DNA of 64,000 nucleotides from PVC group bacterium (GTDB lineage Bacteria; Omnitrophota; Gorgyraeia; B26-G9): NCBI GenBank assembly GCA_024231215.1, contig JAAEQR010000202.1, positions 302 to 64,301 of the forward strand, read 5' to 3'. Shown piece by piece: positions 58,738 to 64,000 of this stretch (position 1 is its first letter; each line of letters starts with the position of its first letter). The notes under the pieces were generated by a model. It saw only the letters and a program-made list of their open reading frames with translations, ran no database searches and was not told where the DNA came from. The position numbers and the translations under genes were made by a program.

Positions 58738-58932
58738 TTAGCTAATAGCTGCCAGAATTTTTTTTGTCAATTCAGGGTCACGCTCTATTCGTATCTTTAG
58801 TTCGTGGCACCTGTCGCAGTGTTTTGTGCCAAGCATTGTTGTCGGCTCGCCGCATATTTCACACTTAATCAGTTTTTCCCCAAACTTATTATACGGTATG
58901 CCGCCATAAAATTTTTCAACATCTGTGTCCAT
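58738..58932 (-). CDS. zinc-ribbon small protein
   Basis: 64 aa with CEICGE...HCDRCHE. Confidence 0.3.
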   Translation of the reverse strand: MDTDVEKFYGGIPYNKFGEKLIKCEICGEPTTMLGTKHCDRCHELKIRIERDPELTKKILAAIS

Positions 58933-58941
58933 AACTATCCC

Positions 58942-59538
58942 CTACAAACGTTTAGCTAATATTTCTGTTTGTTTCAATAGACTCTCCACCGCCCCGCTGG
59001 CATAATACTCTAGCATTTGTAAGTGTGTGTCTGCGTCTGCTGCGGTTTTAAATTGCAGTTCTTTTTGTTTTACTGCGTGTGTAGCCATTGGCCCGGCCAC
59101 CTTGTAAATACATTGCATGATAATGCTGGCCTGCGTTGTCTTGCTGCCATTGGTTCGCCCCGGTGCCGGACTTGCTGACGGTGCTTGGTCGTATGCTTCC
59201 ACCGGCGGGTCTGGCTGCCGAGCCGGTTCGCCCCGGTCTTGTGATATGTCCCGTGCTATTGGCATAATTTCACTAAAAGTGGTTCTGGGATATATTTTTC
59301 CGTCTTTACCTTCGGAATCCTCCACTTTATACGTTGCTTGGACTTGTTTCCCCTGGTGTGTTTTAACCTCATCAATAGACACAGCACTAAAATTGAAAAA
59401 CATAGCCCCTTTTTTATCTCCCACCTCAACAATAAGAAACTCTTTCTTGTTTCTGTCTAGTTTTACTTCATAATTTTTAAATTCTCCCGTTACAATTTCC
59501 ATAATTATTTTCTCCTTTTGGGTGGTGAATAATTCCAT
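58942..59538 (-). CDS. possible ssDNA-binding/annealing protein (OB-fold-like N-domain + Pro/Ala linker)
   Basis: 198 aa with a beta-rich N-terminal 110 aa, a PDPPVEAYDQAPSASPAPG linker and a helical C-domain. It lies immediately downstream of the nuclease. Confidence 0.25.
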   Translation of the reverse strand: MELFTTQKEKIIMEIVTGEFKNYEVKLDRNKKEFLIVEVGDKKGAMFFNFSAVSIDEVKTHQGKQVQATYKVEDSEGKDGKIYPRTTFSEIMPIARDISQDRGEPARQPDPPVEAYDQAPSASPAPGRTNGSKTTQASIIMQCIYKVAGPMATHAVKQKELQFKTAADADTHLQMLEYYASGAVESLLKQTEILAKRL

Positions 59539-59699
59539 GATTTTTTTATTTCTGTTATTGCCTGTCCCAGTGTTCTGCCGGTAGTCCCGACATACGAAAC
59601 ACCATCTTTCATGTGTGCGTAAGTTCTTAAACCATCGGAAAACCCTCTTTGGTACGCTATAATTTCTGGGTCTAGTAGTTCTGCAATGTCTTTATCCAT
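59505..59699 (-). CDS. hypothetical protein
   Basis: 64-aa ORF. Confidence 0.3.
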   Translation of the reverse strand: MDKDIAELLDPEIIAYQRGFSDGLRTYAHMKDGVSYVGTTGRTLGQAITEIKKSWNYSPPKRRK

Positions 59700-60634
59700 T
59701 ATTTCTCCCTTTCTGTAAGTTTAGCGTGGTGGTCACAATGTATATTAACGGGACAAAATTTTTCACAGCGTCTATCGTCCCAGCGTTCTGACATACTGCA
59801 CACAGGCGGCATTTCGCCCGTTTGTACTGCATGTAATAAAGCCGTTCTCTTGGTCTGAAAATACGTTTTAACTGTTTCGTCCGGCAGAATTGGTATTGGG
59901 ATAATATAAGAATTTTTCTCCAATCCCCGGTTTTTGGCTAAGTACGTGCCCCCGTCCCTTACAATAGCAATAATTTGCAGCTTGTGTACCGGCAGTCCCG
60001 TTTTTTCGACCTTTATGCGGTAGTCGTTAAGCTGTAGCGTCCATTCCAGCTTGTCGGCCTTGTTCGGGTCAATGGCAAATTTGTCTACCATTTTGGGGTC
60101 GCCTTTTTGATACAGATACTTGTCTGGGTTGTTGGGATCTTTTCGGCTGGTTTTGTAAACTGCGCCAGTGGGGTCAATAACCTTTTCTTTTACCACACCC
60201 AGTGCCTTTGATACCATATATGAACCACTGCTTTTGTAGTCGGCAAGCGTGGCAACGTCATTTTCAACCTCATATATGTCAAATTGCCCTGATATGCCGT
60301 CTTCTGTCAGTCTCTCCTCAACAATGGTCTGGTCAGTGCCACCTCGTTTCTCTAAATTACTGTGCATGGCAAGCCCCAATAGAAGAAAAACCAGCATTGT
60401 TGGATCTTCGGCATATTCTTTTGTGAGCTTTAAATATGCTTGCCTTGTGCCGGGTAATAGCTCAGTCGTGGTTGTAACCAAATTGTTTAGGTCTTTTTCT
60501 CTCTGTACGCCAAGTGCGGTTAGTGTGTGCCGATTTAGACAGCGTTCAGGCATCCGGCAGCCACCTTCTTTTATACACTCTGTTATTTCTTGGTTTTGTC
60601 CGTCGGGACAGATATAGTATTTTCGCATTTGCAC
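59699..60634 (-). CDS. PD-(D/E)XK nuclease with cysteine clusters (Cas4/RecB-like exonuclease)
   Basis: 311 aa with the motifs GQFDIYE (D) and LADYKSSG (D-x-K). Four N-terminal Cys (C.{10}C.{5}C.{5}C) and four C-terminal Cys (C.{10}C.{3}C.{5}C) resemble Cas4/AddB Fe-S nucleases. Confidence 0.45.
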   Translation of the reverse strand: MQMRKYYICPDGQNQEITECIKEGGCRMPERCLNRHTLTALGVQREKDLNNLVTTTTELLPGTRQAYLKLTKEYAEDPTMLVFLLLGLAMHSNLEKRGGTDQTIVEERLTEDGISGQFDIYEVENDVATLADYKSSGSYMVSKALGVVKEKVIDPTGAVYKTSRKDPNNPDKYLYQKGDPKMVDKFAIDPNKADKLEWTLQLNDYRIKVEKTGLPVHKLQIIAIVRDGGTYLAKNRGLEKNSYIIPIPILPDETVKTYFQTKRTALLHAVQTGEMPPVCSMSERWDDRRCEKFCPVNIHCDHHAKLTEREK

Positions 60635-60834
60635 TCCTTTTCTTGATACATTTTAAAACCGTGAAGTCCTCTAAAAAGGTCAAAGTCTTCTTTGGTTTGT
60701 TTTAAATCTTTTTTTCCATCAATCGCTATATTTGCCAGTCTTTGTGTTAGCTCTAAAACGCTGCCAAATTTATCAACAATGATAAATAATTCAGCAATTA
60801 GCTGCTCTACTGTTTGTTTTTCCACTTCATTCAT
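60583..60834 (-). CDS. hypothetical protein
   Basis: 83-aa ORF. Confidence 0.3.
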   Translation of the reverse strand: MNEVEKQTVEQLIAELFIIVDKFGSVLELTQRLANIAIDGKKDLKQTKEDFDLFRGLHGFKMYQEKECKCENTISVPTDKTKK

Positions 60835-61030
60835 GTTGCCCCCTTCCTAATTGACAATCAGCCAAATTTATTTTTAATATAGCATTATCCTTGGCAATAC
60901 TTGTGCCGACTTGCCGCGCTTTCACAAGCTGTACGCCCATAGTTACAATAATTGCGAAAATTACACATGCGAAAAGCATATGCTTGAAGAAATGGTCTGC
61001 CATGAGTTGCCTCCTTATATATCTATCGGA

Positions 61031-61444
61031 TTAATTTTTAATGTCATAAGGGTTTTTTGCCCAGTCTATGAATTTTTCTTTGCCCATTAAACGTGCTAAA
61101 ATATTACCTACCAGAAACACCATGCGGTCGTCTTCGTTCCAGAACCAGCCATAGCAATATTGTAAAACAGTAATGCTTTGCTGCTTTTGCCCCGGCGTTT
61201 TGGCATTATACTTTTTGCTTGCCTTCAGGTGTGCTTTGTCGTATCGCTTCTTTTTGCAGTCTGGGCAAAATTGCGTGTTAAAGTGTACATCTGCTTTCAG
61301 TTGTACACCACATTCGCAGTATTTCGGCTGCATGTGGGTCTTTATATACTCTTCATCTTGACAATTACGGCATAATCCCTGTCTTATTTTGACATTATTG
61401 CCCCTCACAGGGTATTTGCCGCACTTTTTGCATAGTGGTTTCAT
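61031..61444 (-). CDS. zinc-finger protein
   Basis: 137 aa with CKKCGK...CRNC, CECG and CPDC pairs. Confidence 0.35.
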   Translation of the reverse strand: MKPLCKKCGKYPVRGNNVKIRQGLCRNCQDEEYIKTHMQPKYCECGVQLKADVHFNTQFCPDCKKKRYDKAHLKASKKYNAKTPGQKQQSITVLQYCYGWFWNEDDRMVFLVGNILARLMGKEKFIDWAKNPYDIKN

Positions 61445-61495
61445 GGCGTAACCTCTTCAAAATTAAAATTTTGCCGCATTTGCTTTAATCCTGCC

Positions 61496-61726
61496 TTACG
61501 GCGTTAAAGTCTGCTTTACTTCCTCAAGGTGAAAATTACACCCTGTTTCTTTGTTCTTTATTGTGATTGGTATTTCTTCTGTCATTGCCCGATTTAATCT
61601 GCGCGTAGTTAAAGAATCGTGCTTAGATAATACGTTAATAAGTCGAACTCTGGCCTCTAAACTGTGTTCTCTTGTGCTAAACTCTTTAATTATTTTCCCA
61701 CATTTTACGTCTATTCTATATTTCAT
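61496..61726 (-). CDS. hypothetical protein
   Basis: 76 aa with an AGGAGAAAGG ribosome-binding site. The palindrome lies 84 nt upstream. Confidence 0.35.
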   Translation of the reverse strand: MKYRIDVKCGKIIKEFSTREHSLEARVRLINVLSKHDSLTTRRLNRAMTEEIPITIKNKETGCNFHLEEVKQTLTP

Positions 61727-61809
61727 GGCTGCCCCTTTCTCCTTGTGGTTCGTTTACTCTCATTTTTGATACACAAAATTGCTTATGTATAATACAACAA
61801 TTGCTATTT

Positions 61810-61823
61810 GCTCATTATAATGA
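61810..61823. promoter_or_regulatory. 14-bp palindrome CTCATTATAATGAG (copy 7)
   Basis: Exact match, 84 nt 5' of the minus-strand gene starting at 61726, whose ribosome-binding site is AGGAGAAAGG. Confidence 0.5.
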
Positions 61824-61942
61824 GCGTTATTACAAAATTATTCACGGCAAAATCGCCGCCTTATTTAATCCACTTATACTGCCCCTTGACTACTAACAAG
61901 GGTTAAGCAGCCCCGGCTTTTGTCAAGGGACAGGTAAGTAGA

Positions 61943-62407
61943 TTAACGCCAATCTATTTGTGCATAACAACCGCCCATTGATTTAAGAAAATTAAACAGG
62001 GGGTCAGTGGCATCCAAAATCCTTGACATACCGATTGCACCGGAATAAAAAGTCCATTTGCGGAGCCCACTTCCATTTTTATTTTCTTTACAACAAAAAG
62101 CCCGCATTAAATCATTACACCAAAAACATACAGATTGGTTATTCTTAACATAAAAAACAGAAAAATAATGGTTGCCGGAATCGAGGTTGCCCCGTGGTTC
62201 TTTGTCACAAACGGCATATACATCATGCCCCTTTAATAGCGCAACATTGAGGTTATAAATGTCGTCAATAGCGTGTTTCATCTCGTATTCATCCAAATAT
62301 ATTCTTTTGGATTTTGGCGCGGCGCGGTTATTCCAGTCAGTTATCCTTTTAACAATGGCTTTTTTGATAGTGCTTTTACTTATTTTTTTGCCTTCTTGTA
62401 TATACAT
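61943..62407 (-). CDS. hypothetical protein
   Basis: 154-aa ORF. Confidence 0.35.
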   Translation of the reverse strand: MYIQEGKKISKSTIKKAIVKRITDWNNRAAPKSKRIYLDEYEMKHAIDDIYNLNVALLKGHDVYAVCDKEPRGNLDSGNHYFSVFYVKNNQSVCFWCNDLMRAFCCKENKNGSGLRKWTFYSGAIGMSRILDATDPLFNFLKSMGGCYAQIDWR

Positions 62408-62602
62408 AATTTCACCCCTTTATATAAAATTTTGCCTTAATTATACTTTTTCGTAATACTCGATCAAATAAATAGCCTCGTTGATTGCTTTATAATCTCT
62501 CAAGCTTAACCCGGATTTGTCTTTAATCCTTTTTAGTTGATCAATTATTTCTTGATATGTCATAACTTCACCCCTTTCTTGTTATCGGCTTTGGTGCCAT
62601 GG

Positions 62603-62794
62603 TTAGTAGTCGCAGTCTAAAGCATGTAAATCAAACATATAACCTCTATACTCTTCGGCTTGTTTGCTGTCTATATGAAATACTTTTTTCCCTTTAGGAT
62701 AATAAATGCAGTTATCACCCTTGTTTATTGCCCTGCCTGTTTCGGCACAAACCGAATTAAATCTTGCCCTTATTTCTCTTGGATCATCTCTCAT
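62603..62794 (-). CDS. hypothetical protein
   Basis: 63-aa ORF. Confidence 0.3.
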   Translation of the reverse strand: MRDDPREIRARFNSVCAETGRAINKGDNCIYYPKGKKVFHIDSKQAEEYRGYMFDLHALDCDY

Positions 62795-62898
62795 AACATT
62801 TCCCCTTTACATAAAGATTAATATTAAAAATCCGCCTTTGTTAATCCCTTTATTCCGTCCTATTGCCCTCATACAATAAGACGGCGGAAAGAGATTAA

Positions 62899-63087
62899 TT
62901 ATTCATCTGCATTAGGCATTAAGCCGTATTGTCCGATTTTGTTACCGTTAATGTCATAAATACATTCGCCGTCAAAATGCTCTGCAATAATTTCCGTAAA
63001 TATTCTTCTCAATTCCGGCTCTGGTAAAAAATCCTCTTCGTGATAAAATGCTGCATTGTCTAAATTAATGGATAATTCTAATTTCAT
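62899..63087 (-). CDS. hypothetical protein
   Basis: 62-aa ORF. Confidence 0.3.
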   Translation of the reverse strand: MKLELSINLDNAAFYHEEDFLPEPELRRIFTEIIAEHFDGECIYDINGNKIGQYGLMPNADE

Positions 63088-63109
63088 GTTTTTGTCTCCC
63101 TGTAATCAA

Positions 63110-63601
63110 TTAACGGTTAAAAGGCCGCGCTGTATTATCCGGGCAGTTTGAAGAATCCAGAATTAATCGGCTAATTATAACTTTGCCTTTTCTTATAATC
63201 CGGCATGTTAGTTCATCGTTATGCAGGCCGTAATAATGCGGATGCCATAAATTGCCGTCTTTCCAGACTTCCGGCCTAATTTCTGCATTTTTGAGATAAC
63301 TATTTGTGTTATCCATTGCAGATAGCTCCAAAATATCGCCTGCCCTTAAAATGTGGTGCAATGCCTTAACGTTTGTTTCGGCCTGATACATAATAACAAA
63401 GCAAGCTGAGGTGAAATTGTGAGGAAGTCGCGCCTTAAAAGAATTAAATGTTTTGATTTGTTCCGGCTCTGTCCAGCCTTTTTTATTAACCTTTTCTTTT
63501 TTGTGAAACTCTATTAATCCGCCAGTTTCTTTGTCCATCCGTACAACTAGTGTATCGGCCTTCTTTAATGCCTCGATAAATTCTTTGGTTATTTCAGCCA
63601 T
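63110..63601 (-). CDS. hypothetical protein
   Basis: 163-aa ORF. Confidence 0.35.
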   Translation of the reverse strand: MAEITKEFIEALKKADTLVVRMDKETGGLIEFHKKEKVNKKGWTEPEQIKTFNSFKARLPHNFTSACFVIMYQAETNVKALHHILRAGDILELSAMDNTNSYLKNAEIRPEVWKDGNLWHPHYYGLHNDELTCRIIRKGKVIISRLILDSSNCPDNTARPFNR

Positions 63602-63683
63602 GATATTTCCCCTTTCGTTAAATAGTTAAACTGTTAATCCTGCCATACCGTACCATAATCCACTTATGATACGGGTGAAGGGA

Positions 63684-63893
63684 TTAATATTCCATTGTTT
63701 CCATTAACACAATATCGGCCAGTATTTCTTTTGTATGATAACCTGGCATTCTCTTTTCAATATTGTGTACGTGTTGGCTTGTTATCCTATCAAGCAATAT
63801 TTCCCTTGAATATCGGCGCAAGCGTTTAGCAAGATAGATTATTCTTGCCCTTGTGTTTATCGGTGTTCTGATTAATTCTGTTGTTGTTTTCAT
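63684..63893 (-). CDS. small basic protein, possible DNA-binding regulator
   Basis: 69 aa, Arg-rich and helix-rich (RARIIYLAKRLRRYSREILLDRI). Confidence 0.25.
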   Translation of the reverse strand: MKTTTELIRTPINTRARIIYLAKRLRRYSREILLDRITSQHVHNIEKRMPGYHTKEILADIVLMETMEY

Positions 63894-64000
63894 TATTTCA
63901 CCTTAACTAATTTAGTATTGTTTTCAAAGTTTGCAATTATCATTTCAGGCCTTGTGCCTTTTTTAACCTTGCGCCATAGTTTCCAACCATAATTATGCAG

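Noticed and set aside
1-64000. CRISPR array
   Set aside because: No run of regularly spaced direct repeats with unique spacers is present. The repeated motifs found are single, dispersed sites.
1-64000. Integrase or attachment site marking a prophage boundary
   Set aside because: No tyrosine or serine recombinase signature was seen in any ORF. The tRNA genes are internal to an early operon with their own promoter and terminator, not at an end.

Overview
This window is a 64 kb slice of a tailed dsDNA phage (Caudoviricetes) genome or prophage, about 40% GC, with no integrase visible.

Layout:
- 1-9 kb (plus strand): many small early/accessory genes. Several start inside a repeated GGGGTATA(A/G)C(A/G)TG motif. 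Also a small DUF5989-like membrane protein with an SGNH/GDSL hydrolase, and a calcineurin-like phosphoesterase.
- 9-47.8 kb (plus strand): a long late operon. In order it encodes a small-terminase candidate, large terminase, portal, acidic scaffold, HK97-like major capsid protein and two strong rho-independent terminators. These are followed by many virion, tail or fibre proteins, several with N-terminal signal peptides: two right-handed beta-helix proteins, a 1281-aa fibre with internal tandem repeats, and a 1191-aa K/E-rich internal protein. The operon ends in a lysis cassette (M15-type endolysin, spanin- and holin-like proteins, a lipoprotein) and a junction island (HigA-like HTH, transglutaminase-like cysteine peptidase, DUF1353 protein, lipoprotein).
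- 47.8-64 kb (minus strand): an early replication and DNA-metabolism module. It includes a RusA-like resolvase, an HNH nuclease, many zinc-ribbon proteins, a replisome-organizer-like protein, a possible Mom-like DNA-modification protein, a ParB-domain::N6-adenine methyltransferase fusion, a Cas4/RecB-like PD-(D/E)XK nuclease and an OB-fold protein.
- A small RNA operon sits on the minus strand at 58.03-58.48 kb: promoter palindrome, tRNA-Trp(CCA), a 122-nt aberrant tRNA-like element, then a terminator.

Repeat families not explained by genes:
(i) a perfect 14-bp palindrome CTCATTATAATGAG, seven copies, mostly directly 5' of early minus-strand genes and the tRNA.
(ii) a stem-loop family GGGCTGGCGG...CCGCCAGCCC, three copies, one of which is the tRNA-like element.
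(iii) the GGGGTATA motif family in the first 3.4 kb.

Family assignments rest on motif recognition by eye, not on database searches.
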